From positions 2,080,001 through 2,144,000 of the forward strand of contig OZ242274.1 of NCBI GenBank assembly GCA_965207375.1: 64,000 nucleotides of DNA, given 5' to 3'. The stretch comes from Nitrosopumilaceae archaeon. GTDB taxonomy: Archaea; Thermoproteota; Nitrososphaeria; Nitrososphaerales; Nitrosopumilaceae. The notes under the pieces were generated by a model, which saw nothing but the letters and a program-made list of their open reading frames with translations, was not told where the DNA came from and made no database searches. This document shows, in pieces, positions 29,426-38,940 of this stretch. Each line of letters begins with the position of its first letter. The first letter of the stretch is position 1. A program made the translations under genes and the position numbers.

Positions 29426-30049
29426 TTAAGAGATTTCCTTGGATAGTTGATTTAGGAAATTTTTCAGAGTGTGTGTTCTTTGTTTTGCAAGTAATTTTCC
29501 AGTTTTTGTATTCATTAATTTTTCAAGCTTTAGTAGTTTTGTATAGAAATGATCAACTGTCCATTTTTGATCATTGGGTGTATGTATTTTGCAGAATGGA
29601 TCATCTGTGTTATACAGCTGTCTCATTTCAGAGCCTGCCACTGCAAAAACTCTGGCAATTCCAATTGCACCTATTGCATCCAACCTGTCTGCATCTTGGA
29701 GTATTTTGCCTTCAATGGTTTTGGGAATTTTGTTTTTGGAAAAGCTGTGATCACGTATGGCATCAGAAATCAGGGTGATTTCGTGTACGGTATAGTCATG
29801 TTTTTTTAGGATTTTTTCTGCCTCGAGTGCACTGATATCAGAGGCGGTCTTGTTTCTTGGATCGGATTTTTTAAAAGATACCACATCATGTAACAGCACT
29901 GCTGCAAGTACCAGCTCGGGGTTTATTTTTTCCTTTTTGCACAGCAGTTGTGCATTTTTGTAAACGCGCATTATATGTGATAAATCATGTGCAGTGTCAT
30001 TTTTGGTTAGTTTTTGAACTTTGATTTTTACGTGATTTAATCTAGACAT
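29426..30049 (-). CDS. HD-domain phosphohydrolase
   Basis: AHD.SH..RV, LLHD, DHSFS, QDADRLDAIGA. Confidence 0.92.
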   Translation of the reverse strand: MSRLNHVKIKVQKLTKNDTAHDLSHIMRVYKNAQLLCKKEKINPELVLAAVLLHDVVSFKKSDPRNKTASDISALEAEKILKKHDYTVHEITLISDAIRDHSFSKNKIPKTIEGKILQDADRLDAIGAIGIARVFAVAGSEMRQLYNTDDPFCKIHTPNDQKWTVDHFYTKLLKLEKLMNTKTGKLLAKQRTHTLKNFLNQLSKEIS

Positions 30050-30669
30050 TACAATCTCCACAGTTTTGGTCTTACAAACCTTAATTTTCTTTGGGTGATT
30101 AATATGTGCCAGTTGACTGAGGCAAATAGAATTACCACGCCAATTCCTACAGCATCTGCAACCAAAATGCCAACATAACGGTCCTCAAACAACTCTATAA
30201 AGGGAGTCAGAACGATATCACTAATTGAAATCATGACATAATAGGACAAAACTCTGCCAAACCAGAATCCGACATACAACCCGATGCTTTTTGCACGCAT
30301 CAGACCATACGCTACAAAAAGCATGTTGCTTGGAAGCGGGGTTGCTGCAAAAAGAAACGATGCCAAAACATATCCGTATCGTTTACGGTTAAGATATTGG
30401 CCTATTGTATTGAGATTTGATTTTTGTTCAGAGCCTACAAATTTTCTAAAAAATCCACTTAGGTGTTTTAAAATAAATCGCCCCACAGTTGCTCCCGTAG
30501 CACCCACAACAGCTAAGAGTACAGGATCCAATGTGGGATCAATTGCATAAAATGATGATAAAATTATCCACGTTGGTGGCATCAGCAATGGCGCTGCATT
30601 GACCCCGATCAATGCAAGAAATATTCCAAAATACGAATACTCTGATAATATCTCAAAAAAATCAGCCAT
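30049..30669 (-). CDS. DedA/VTT-like membrane protein
   Basis: Multiple TM segments; GAT.G and FAATPLP motifs. Confidence 0.7.
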   Translation of the reverse strand: MADFFEILSEYSYFGIFLALIGVNAAPLLMPPTWIILSSFYAIDPTLDPVLLAVVGATGATVGRFILKHLSGFFRKFVGSEQKSNLNTIGQYLNRKRYGYVLASFLFAATPLPSNMLFVAYGLMRAKSIGLYVGFWFGRVLSYYVMISISDIVLTPFIELFEDRYVGILVADAVGIGVVILFASVNWHILITQRKLRFVRPKLWRL

Positions 30670-30984
30670 GATATTAGTGAATGTATCGTACTCTAAATGG
30701 TTACTAGTCAGATGGCCATAAAGAATTATACAAAAGGCTGTTTATTTTTGTAATTTTTTTAATTTTATTTCAAAGATGAGGAACTCTATTAGAAAAAAAG
30801 ATCAATCATCCAATATATTTATATTCAAAAATAATAGTAATTAGTCGTGACAGATACAGCTTGGAAATGTTTTAGGTGCAATCTTTTGTTCAAAGAAGAA
30901 GAACATGCAAAAATGCACGAAGAGATATCCAATCATGCAGTAACTAAAAAAATCTAGTAACACGAGTAATTTTTGAATAATTAA

Positions 30985-31085
30985 TGCAGGAGGTGGGATT
31001 CGAACCCACGAACTCCTAAGAGAAGGGATTTCCCATATTGGGGATCTTGAGTCCCTCTCGGTTGACCGGGCTTCGATACCCCTGC
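30985..31085 (-). tRNA. tRNA-Leu(CAA) with a ~16-nt canonical (37/38) intron
   Basis: GCAGGGG acceptor stem, anticodon loop CTCAAG followed by intron ATCCCCAATATGGGAA, long variable arm, GGTTCGAATCC T-arm. Confidence 0.93.
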
Positions 31086-31125
31086 AACGATAATTTCTCA
31101 AACCCCGTATTTGTGAATTGCTAAT

Positions 31126-32372
31126 CAGCTAAGCGAAATGTGGCCCCAATCCTACCATGGCGGCGGCTTGGACTGACGTATCGCCTCAAAATCCATTTGT
31201 ACTTTGAAAACTAGCATGGTCATAATACTCTGACTTGCTGTATCATCACAAAGAATAGCCCTGAGAATTATCCACTCGTTGTACAGTATCAGCGAATAAT
31301 AAAAACACAGCATTCTTGATACATTATCTTTGATTCGTGTCTTGGCCCTGCATTGTTTCATCTTGCCGTATCCTGATTCTATTCCCCACCTACTTGCATA
31401 TTCTGTAACATCGACAGTATCACAGTTGGTTGCAAAGCCAATGTATTTTTCCTCGGCAACATCAGTATCCTTTGATCCCTTTCTTCTTTCTACTATCATT
31501 GTATACGGTACAGAATGATAGTCGTTTTGTAGGGTGCACTCTGATGTTACATCACGTTTTTTACGACTAAACTCGTCTAGTGCAGATTTTACATTTGGTG
31601 TATTTCTGCAAGGTATCAAAAAGGATACGTCGTTTTGAATCAGCATTTGTATTGTATCCACTGATAAAAACTCACGATCACACAATGCCAAACGAACTTT
31701 TACCCCCAAATCCGACAGTGTTTTGAGCAGAAAATTCACCGATTTAGGCACGGAATCTAGGCATTTTGAGATGCATTGCAGCTAGAACGACTCTCATTGT
31801 ATCATCCACACAGTGAACCGTTATGTAACGCTCAAAGTATGTCGTGCCGTTTTTGTATTTGGAACGAGTCAGCTCCTCCCCATGTGTTCTATCATAACGG
31901 CATATGAGGTGTAGGTCCATTGCAACTGTAAGCCCCTTCTTTGGAATCTTTCCCATTTTTTTGAGAATCTTAACCTGTCTTGCTATCTGTAATTGGAAAA
32001 CATCCTGTACTGATTCCTCTGATATCCCCTTGATTGCAGATGCATACCATCTGTCTGATGGCGTATTGCTCGTTTTTTTGTTTTACCGCATTTGCACATC
32101 CTCCTACGGAGTCCATAATGGCAGCCCTCAACATTCCGGTGCTAAGATCATCAACTCCATATACCGTATTGTCACTGACTGACCAAGTAGTGCATGCAAG
32201 CATGTTTTTGGCATCAGATGCGGCATCTTGATATAATCGTGGATTGTTTAATAGTTCACGGCTCTGTTTGGTTTTTTGTTTGGACACTGAAAATCATCTG
32301 GAACCGCCCTATTGATCTGTTTGCATTTTTGGGGTAGATTTTGGCTTATTTTGCCCACATTTCGCTTAGCTG
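31126..32372 (-). mobile_element. ISH3-family IS (1247 bp) with frameshifted transposase pseudogene (~31152-32287)
   Basis: TIRs CAGCTAAGCGAAATGTGG / CCACATTTCGCTTAGCTG; MDLH, CDREF and YASRWGIESGY motifs spread over three frames. Confidence 0.9.
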
Positions 32373-32416
32373 AATAAACTAAAAACTTTATAATTGCTCA
32401 CAAATTCACCTGTATT

Positions 32417-32713
32417 ATGGTTACAGCCGAAGAAGCTAAAAAAATGCGAAGTGGAGTCAACATAGAAGGCAAAATACAACGCAAGGGTGAAACGCGTACT
32501 GTAAACAAGAAAGCAGGTGGCACCGTTGATGTTTGTGATGCATATCTAGTTGATGACGCAGGTGGGGAAATTAAACTCACACTATGGGCCGAAGATATTC
32601 AGGCAGTAAATGAGGGCGATAGAATCAAAATTACTGACGGATATACCAATGAATTTAGAGGCGAGGTATCGCTTACAAAGGGAAAATTCGGCAAGATGGA
32701 AAAGATCAGCTAG
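32417..32713 (+). CDS. ssb: Single-stranded DNA-binding protein (single OB fold)
   Basis: VNIEGKI, D..GEIKLTLW, GD.IKI..GY..EFRG..SL..GKFG. Confidence 0.88.
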   Translation: MVTAEEAKKMRSGVNIEGKIQRKGETRTVNKKAGGTVDVCDAYLVDDAGGEIKLTLWAEDIQAVNEGDRIKITDGYTNEFRGEVSLTKGKFGKMEKIS

Positions 32714-33315
32714 TAATATCTAGATTGATTTCTTTCTTTTTTCCAATCCATTATTAAAACAACTGCTCCTACAATTAGCACAATTAATCCCACAATCAAA
32801 ATTATTCCAGAAATGGCCAATGGTAGCAACATACTGACTAATGGAGAATCAGGATTGTTCAGGTTTTCAGAATTATCTGGATCCTCTGTGAACATCATTA
32901 CAACTGCGATTGGTCTGTTGCCGAGATTTTCTACCTCAAAATTGTAGACGTCAGCCTTTTCAATTACAAACATGTCAAAAACGATGGGCTCATCATTTTG
33001 TATACTTGCAAAGTCATCACCGTAAATATTAGAAATGTTGATTCTTGTATTATCACCGTCCTGAAAATCAACTATTTGTAATCCCCATACAAGTGGAATG
33101 TCTTGATTACCAACAGAGTATGTAAAATATGCAGAGCCTCCAGGATATATCATAGATTCGTCACTGACATAGTCAAACATGCTCTCAAGTAAATCTGGAA
33201 CAAAAAATTCACTAGTTAAAGAATCAGAATCAGGAAAGACAACTAAAACAATACCAAAAGAAATGAAAATTAAGGCTGTACCAAATCCAAGTATAGTTAG
33301 TCCACGTTTTTTCAT
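32710..33315 (-). CDS. Hypothetical membrane protein (N- and C-terminal TM helices)
   Basis: Hydrophobic termini around an acidic beta-rich domain. Confidence 0.75.
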   Translation of the reverse strand: MKKRGLTILGFGTALIFISFGIVLVVFPDSDSLTSEFFVPDLLESMFDYVSDESMIYPGGSAYFTYSVGNQDIPLVWGLQIVDFQDGDNTRINISNIYGDDFASIQNDEPIVFDMFVIEKADVYNFEVENLGNRPIAVVMMFTEDPDNSENLNNPDSPLVSMLLPLAISGIILIVGLIVLIVGAVVLIMDWKKERNQSRYY

Positions 33316-33330
33316 TAATTATATCTAAAA

Positions 33331-34266
33331 CTATCTCTTAGATTTCGTAGTTTTTTTGGCGTGTTTTGCAACTCTTTTGGCAGGTTTTTTGGTAACTCTT
33401 TTGGCAGGTTTTTTGGTAACTCTTTTGGCAGGTTTTTTGGTAACTCTTTTGGCAGGTTTTTTGGTAACTCTTTTGGCAGGTTTTGTTGCTTTTTTGACCG
33501 GTTTTTTAACAGATGTCTTTTTTGATTTTGAGCGCTTTGTATTTTGACGTTTTTTAGATGATATCTCTTTTAGTTTGTCCTCAGCCTTTTTGAGTGTCTT
33601 TTTAGCAGATGCCTCTTGTTTTATGGATTTTTCTAATTTTTCAGATAGAGCCACAACGTCTTTTTGGCTATCTTTTAGTAATTTTTTTAATTCGGGTTTA
33701 GTCTGATTTGTCTTTTTTATTTTGGCAAAAAGCTTGTCTTTTGATAAAGAATATGTGTTAATTTCACCCTCTAATTTTTTTCCTACCTTTTGTCTATTTT
33801 TGATGCCAAGTTCAATGTCAGAAATACGCCCCAAAATTCCAGATAGTCTGATTTGAAAAGACTTTTTGTCATCGTCATTTTCTGCAAACTCTACATCTTG
33901 TTCTGCCTGCTCTTTTGCCTCTTTTTCTAGGACCAATTGCTGGGTTGCTGTCTGAATCAGTCTCAATATACTGTCTTTTTGAGCCAATTTTTGGTTTAAA
34001 ACAAGTGAAACATCGGAAAGCTCCTCGTTTGCAGCAGTCGTTTTACGATCAATTGATGCAAGACCAGATTTGGAATGCCTAAAGGTCGACTTTGCATTTT
34101 CTAGTTCTTTTTCATGTATTCTACGAATTTTTGATATCTGTTGCTTTTTTGTCCGAAGTTTGACTACAACGTCCTGATATGAGGCCAACAAAGAATATAG
34201 TACATAGGTCTCGGTTAAATTATGAGTATAACCAGTAATTGACTTTTCGGTTGAAAATTTTAACAT
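33331..34266 (-). CDS. Coiled-coil protein with a Lys/Pro/Ala-rich histone-H1-like tail (start uncertain, possibly nearer 34170)
   Basis: Heptad-like body followed by KKPAKRVT repeats. Confidence 0.7.
   Translation of the reverse strand: MLKFSTEKSITGYTHNLTETYVLYSLLASYQDVVVKLRTKKQQISKIRRIHEKELENAKSTFRHSKSGLASIDRKTTAANEELSDVSLVLNQKLAQKDSILRLIQTATQQLVLEKEAKEQAEQDVEFAENDDDKKSFQIRLSGILGRISDIELGIKNRQKVGKKLEGEINTYSLSKDKLFAKIKKTNQTKPELKKLLKDSQKDVVALSEKLEKSIKQEASAKKTLKKAEDKLKEISSKKRQNTKRSKSKKTSVKKPVKKATKPAKRVTKKPAKRVTKKPAKRVTKKPAKRVTKKPAKRVAKHAKKTTKSKR
33370..33484. repeat. 24-bp tandem repeat, about 5 copies, encoding KKPAKRVT
   Basis: Unit AACTCTTTTGGCAGGTTTTTTGGT with a 24-bp period; internal copies identical. 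Confidence 0.95.
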
Positions 34267-34315
34267 AAATTTGAACTTTTTAAGAAATATTAATTGTAAA
34301 ATATCCAAATGAACC

Positions 34316-34627
34316 ATGGAGTTTCATCCCTCAAAATTGCCGGTTTTTAAGACATTTGAGGTAACTGACGAAAAAGAAGCTTCTGATACCGCACAAGAAA
34401 TTGTCAAAATAGGATTCAAAGACAGGAGAGAGGCAATCAAGATCCTAATGCCAAAAGAGGCAAAGTTGGCAAAGAGAATAGGATACACAATTACTACCTC
34501 CATCAACTACGGATTGCGTCAAACCAACCAGCACAGAAGTATCAGATACTGGACGTATCATCATGACAAGTCACATTATGCAATTGTGTTTATCAATTCA
34601 GATGTTGTGGGCAATCTAGACTTTTGA
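34316..34627 (+). CDS. Hypothetical protein
   Basis: Clean 103-aa ORF, convergent overlap with the PAP2 gene. Confidence 0.7.
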   Translation: MEFHPSKLPVFKTFEVTDEKEASDTAQEIVKIGFKDRREAIKILMPKEAKLAKRIGYTITTSINYGLRQTNQHRSIRYWTYHHDKSHYAIVFINSDVVGNLDF

Positions 34628-35284
34628 GGGCTCAAAAATTGTGTACAGTTTTGTCTTTTTGGCCAAGGCGCCTGCAAGTAATGCACCAATTGCAATGCCG
34701 CCAATTACATCCATAGGATAGTGTTGTACTAGATAGACTCGGCTAAATGCAACCAATGCAGGATACATTAAAATCAAATAGCACCAATTTGGGAAACGCT
34801 GAGATAATGCATAACCTAAAACTATGGCAAAGACCATAGTGCGTGCAGCATGGCCTGACGGATACGATGCAAAAAAGCTGCCTTCACAAAACAGTGCAAA
34901 GGTATCACGGCTGATAGGTATTGGGAAATCAGGTCCCTCATAGTCAACATCGGGTCTGTCCCTGTCCACACCACACTTTACATATCCGGTAAGCAGCGTG
35001 GTAACAACTAGCAGTATCATCAACGAAATGCCAATTTTTCTAGTCCTTTTAAGTAAGAGTACTATAACTGCAAAGACTAGCAAATTAAATACATCGCCGG
35101 TTTCAGTTACATACTGCATCAGTACATCAAATGGCGAGTTGCCTGCAACAGAATAAAAATAATCAGATACTGCCTCATCAAAGGATGTAGTGGTCTCAGA
35201 GTATACCAGTAAAGTTACTGCAACAAAAACAACTAAAAGAATCATAAAGGGTCTTGAACGCAAATCAAAAATCCATTGTTGCAA
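34616..35284 (-). CDS. PAP2-family phosphatase
   Basis: K...R.RP, SYPSGH, SRVYL..HYP.DV. Confidence 0.92.
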   Translation of the reverse strand: MQQWIFDLRSRPFMILLVVFVAVTLLVYSETTTSFDEAVSDYFYSVAGNSPFDVLMQYVTETGDVFNLLVFAVIVLLLKRTRKIGISLMILLVVTTLLTGYVKCGVDRDRPDVDYEGPDFPIPISRDTFALFCEGSFFASYPSGHAARTMVFAIVLGYALSQRFPNWCYLILMYPALVAFSRVYLVQHYPMDVIGGIAIGALLAGALAKKTKLYTIFEPSKV

Positions 35285-35383
35285 TTAATTCATCCCCTAC
35301 AAATGATAACATGTCAAGTATATGGATTTAGCTGACAAACATTGTAGGCATAATGAAATTTAGATCGGCTTAAAGATTTTAAG

Positions 35384-36616
35384 ATGGTAAAAAATAACAA
35401 CAGTGTGAAGGTACTCACACTAGATGATTTTGATCTAAGGGGCAAGACGGTGTTTCTAAGAGTAGACATGAATTGCCCCATAGAACCCAAAACGATGGAG
35501 ATCTCAGGTTCTAAAAGAATAGAGGAGGCAATACAGACCATAAGGGATTTGGAGGGTGCAAAGGTCGTTGTTGCATCACATCAAGGCAGGGTTGGAAATT
35601 CAGATTATACAGGAATGGACAAGCATGCAAAGGTAATGAGCTCCATGCTAAACAAAGATATCAAATATGTAGAAGACGTCATAGGCCAAGCAGCACAAAA
35701 TGAAATAAGAAACCTAAAGGATGGAGAAATTCTTCTTTTGGATAATTTGAGATTATGTGCAGAAGAAAATTACGAATTTGCACCCAAAGATGCAGCAGAG
35801 ACCATAATGGTCAAAAGACTAGCAAAACTATTTGATTTGTGCGTGTTAGATTCATTTCCAAGTGCACACAGATCACATCCGTCCATTGTGGGATTCTCAC
35901 ACATACTTCCATCATGTGCAGGCAGGATAGTTGAGCGCGAAGTCAGAAACTTGGACGAGATAATGACGGTGGCCAAAGCTCCCCATGTCATAGTATTGGG
36001 TGGTTCAAAGGTTCTAGACAGACTAGAGGCAATCAAGCTTTTGATCAAAAACGGAAGGGCAGATCACATGCTGCTAACAGGACTGATTGGCAATGTGTTT
36101 ATGAGAGCACAGGGAAGAATCAGATCATCTCTTGGAATAAAAAGAGAAGAAGAGGTCGTTGCAAAGGCCCATGCCTTAATTGGAGAATATCCGGATGTGT
36201 TTTCCACACCAGTCGATGTGGCAATATACAAAGACGGTGAAAGAGTAGAATTAGACGTAAGGGATCTAAATCCAGGAGAGTTGATTTATGATCTAGGTCC
36301 AAAGACGATTGGGCACTATAACAAAATAATTTCTGGTGCAGGAACAGTATTTATCAGCGGACCTGCAGGATTTTTTGAAAAAAAGAATTTCAGTTACGGG
36401 ACAAAATCACTCCTAGAGGGAGTAGCAAATTCAATGGCAACAACAATTGTAAGCGGCGGTCACCTTACCTTTGCATTAAAAAAATATGGCCTAGCGGATA
36501 AAATCAACCACATCAGTACGGCAGGCGGTGCACTAGTACTATACCTTACAGGTGAAAAGTTGCCAATGATGAAATCCTTAGAGGCTGCAGCAGTTACACA
36601 AAAATCTAAATCTTAG
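35384..36616 (+). CDS. pgk: Phosphoglycerate kinase
   Basis: RVDMN, SHQGR, LLDNLR, AHRSH, LGGSK, GPAG.FE, STAGGA. Confidence 0.96.
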   Translation: MVKNNNSVKVLTLDDFDLRGKTVFLRVDMNCPIEPKTMEISGSKRIEEAIQTIRDLEGAKVVVASHQGRVGNSDYTGMDKHAKVMSSMLNKDIKYVEDVIGQAAQNEIRNLKDGEILLLDNLRLCAEENYEFAPKDAAETIMVKRLAKLFDLCVLDSFPSAHRSHPSIVGFSHILPSCAGRIVEREVRNLDEIMTVAKAPHVIVLGGSKVLDRLEAIKLLIKNGRADHMLLTGLIGNVFMRAQGRIRSSLGIKREEEVVAKAHALIGEYPDVFSTPVDVAIYKDGERVELDVRDLNPGELIYDLGPKTIGHYNKIISGAGTVFISGPAGFFEKKNFSYGTKSLLEGVANSMATTIVSGGHLTFALKKYGLADKINHISTAGGALVLYLTGEKLPMMKSLEAAAVTQKSKS

Positions 36617-36947
36617 ACTTGCAGCCGGGACAGACTCTTTGTTCAGACGGACTCAAAAAGACATCGTTGTGACAGGAATTGCAGCGATTAGCTTTTACCT
36701 TTTCAAATAATTTAAGCCACATAGTGGTAAAGTTTTGTGCAATATTTCTTGCAGCTCCTGAATCACACAACTCGCGTATGTCTTTTTCTAGATCGTCGAT
36801 AATCCAATCAGGATCAATGTCGCCGTTTTTTTTCAAGATTTCAAAAATTTCATCATTGGTAAATTTTACATCATCATCATTATAATTATCAAAGATAATT
36901 TTTCTAATTTGAAGAGATACTGGAACCTTTGGAGTAAAATCAGACAT
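36606..36947 (-). CDS. Hypothetical protein with C-terminal Zn ribbon, last gene of the suf operon
   Basis: CNSC...CPGC; directly follows sufU. Confidence 0.75.
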   Translation of the reverse strand: MSDFTPKVPVSLQIRKIIFDNYNDDDVKFTNDEIFEILKKNGDIDPDWIIDDLEKDIRELCDSGAARNIAQNFTTMWLKLFEKVKANRCNSCHNDVFLSPSEQRVCPGCKSKI

Positions 36948-36948
36948 G

Positions 36949-37386
36949 TCAGTACAGGTTTGCTGCATCCTCTTTTAGCTTTTCTGCATCGGTGTCTTTG
37001 ACATGTTTGGCAAGATACGAATAAAGTGCAAATTTTAGAACCTTAAGAGAGAGCAGAGCACACTTTATGCGAACGGCTTGAAGATTTTCTAGTCCGAGCT
37101 CTCCTAAAATATCGTTTTTGGTAATCTGCTTTACCTCCTCGAGGCTTTTTCCCTTTGTAATTTCAGTCAGTACAGAGGAGCAGGCCATGCAAATCGCACA
37201 TCCCTTGCCATGAAACTTTATGTCTTTTACCTTTTGTTGATCAATTTTTAGATCAATGTCTATGCTGTCACCGCATAACGGATTAGAGTCATGATATGTT
37301 ACATCAGGATTTTCTATCTGTCCGTAATTTACAGGATTACGCGAATAGTCAATAATCATCTCATGGTAAATGTCGGCACTGCTCAT
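36949..37386 (-). CDS. sufU: Fe-S scaffold/sulfur transfer protein SufU/IscU
   Basis: NPLCGD, GCAI, RIKCA. Confidence 0.9.
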   Translation of the reverse strand: MSSADIYHEMIIDYSRNPVNYGQIENPDVTYHDSNPLCGDSIDIDLKIDQQKVKDIKFHGKGCAICMACSSVLTEITKGKSLEEVKQITKNDILGELGLENLQAVRIKCALLSLKVLKFALYSYLAKHVKDTDAEKLKEDAANLY

Positions 37387-38624
37387 AACTTAAACAACCT
37401 TGCTACCTTATTTAATGAATTCACCAAAGCATCGACATCTTTGGTTGTATTATAGATGTAAAAGCTTGCGCGCGATGTTGCTGCAACATCTAGTTTTTCC
37501 ATCAGTACCTGTGCACAATGGTGGCCGGATCTGATAGCAATGCCATCCTCATCAATAATTTGTGCCACATCATGCGGGTGTACATCAGAAAAATTAAAAG
37601 AAATCACCCCACCGCGTTTGTGGATATCTTTTGTGCCATAAATTGTCAGTCCCTTGATCTGAGACAGTTTGTCAATTGCATATTGTGTCAGTTCAACCTC
37701 GTGTCGGCGCACATTATCCATGCCAATTTTTGTCAAATAGTCAATTGCTGCCCCAAATCCTATAACGTCGGCAATATTTGGCGTTCCTGCCTCAAATTTG
37801 TATGGCAAATCATTCCAAGTTGTTTCATACTTGTGCACCTCCCGTATCATATCACCGCCACCGTGAAAAGGACTCATTGTGTCAAGAATCTGCCTTCTTA
37901 CCCAGAGTACACCGATACCTGTAGGCCCCAACATTTTATGGGCAGAAAAGGCAAAAAAATCACATTCCAAGGTAGAAAGGTCAACGCTCATGTGCGGTAC
38001 TGCTTGGGCACCATCAATTAGCGTCAAAACACCGGCAGCCTTGCATTTTGAGATTATTTGTTTGACATTTGTAATGGTTCCCAAAACGTTTGACATCAAA
38101 CTAAATGTGACAAGTTTAACCTTGCCAGTCTCTAGATATTTGTCTAATTGGTCTAGCTTTAGCTCTCCGTTTTGATCAATTTCAATATACTCGAGTTTGG
38201 CGCCTTTTTCTTGAACTAACAGCTGCCATGGAACTATATTGCTATGGTGTTCGTATTCGGTAGTTACAATAATGTCTCCCTCTGCAACATGGGTTCGTCC
38301 CCACGCATATGCAATCAGATTGATTGCCTCAGTTGTACCCCTGACAAAAATAATCTCCTGTCTACTTGCAATGTTGAGAAACTTGGCAATTTTATCCCGA
38401 GTTTTCTCATAAGCCTCAGTTGCCTCTTCTGCAAGCGCATATACTGCCCTGTGAATATTTGCATTATAATTTTGATAATAGTCTGTAATTGAATCAATTA
38501 CCTGATTGGGTTTTTGTGTAGTTGATGCATTGTCAAGATATACCAATTGCTTGTTATCACGTACGGTTCTAGACAGGATGGGAAAATCCTTTATGACCTG
38601 TGATGATAATTCTGCGCTTTGCAT
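37383..38624 (-). CDS. sufS: Cysteine desulfurase
   Basis: YLDNASTTQKP, EHHSN, DGAQ, SAHKM, RSGHHCA. Confidence 0.96.
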   Translation of the reverse strand: MQSAELSSQVIKDFPILSRTVRDNKQLVYLDNASTTQKPNQVIDSITDYYQNYNANIHRAVYALAEEATEAYEKTRDKIAKFLNIASRQEIIFVRGTTEAINLIAYAWGRTHVAEGDIIVTTEYEHHSNIVPWQLLVQEKGAKLEYIEIDQNGELKLDQLDKYLETGKVKLVTFSLMSNVLGTITNVKQIISKCKAAGVLTLIDGAQAVPHMSVDLSTLECDFFAFSAHKMLGPTGIGVLWVRRQILDTMSPFHGGGDMIREVHKYETTWNDLPYKFEAGTPNIADVIGFGAAIDYLTKIGMDNVRRHEVELTQYAIDKLSQIKGLTIYGTKDIHKRGGVISFNFSDVHPHDVAQIIDEDGIAIRSGHHCAQVLMEKLDVAATSRASFYIYNTTKDVDALVNSLNKVARLFKL

Positions 38625-38627
38625 GTT

Positions 38628-38936
38628 CTAAACCTCTACATAAATCTCGTTTTGCTCTATTTTAACATTGTAAACGTGTAATGCAGATTCTGCAGGTGGA
38701 TTCTGTGGCACTCCATTATCTAAATTAAAAACAGAAAGATGTAATGGGCAACGTACTCCCTCATCTGAAAGAAATCCAGTAGAAAGATCTGCTTCTGCAT
38801 GAGTACAAATCAAATCAGTAGCGTATAGTTTGCCGTGCAAATTAGCAATAAGAATTCTTTTCTCACCATGAACAAAACTGAAAAGCTGTCCGTCCGCTAT
38901 ACAGTTTGTAGAGCATGCCTTTACCCATTTACCCAA
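38628..38936 (-). CDS. Rieske-type ferredoxin
   Basis: CTH...CPLH motifs. Confidence 0.9.
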   Translation of the reverse strand: MGKWVKACSTNCIADGQLFSFVHGEKRILIANLHGKLYATDLICTHAEADLSTGFLSDEGVRCPLHLSVFNLDNGVPQNPPAESALHVYNVKIEQNEIYVEV

Positions 38937-38940
38937 TTTA

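Noticed and set aside
30841-31101. 86-aa ORF from the ORF track
   Set aside because: Overlaps tRNA-Leu on the same strand; spurious
33370-33484. Regularly spaced repeats as a CRISPR array
   Set aside because: Head-to-tail 24-bp units with no unique spacers, in frame within a CDS; no cas genes in the window
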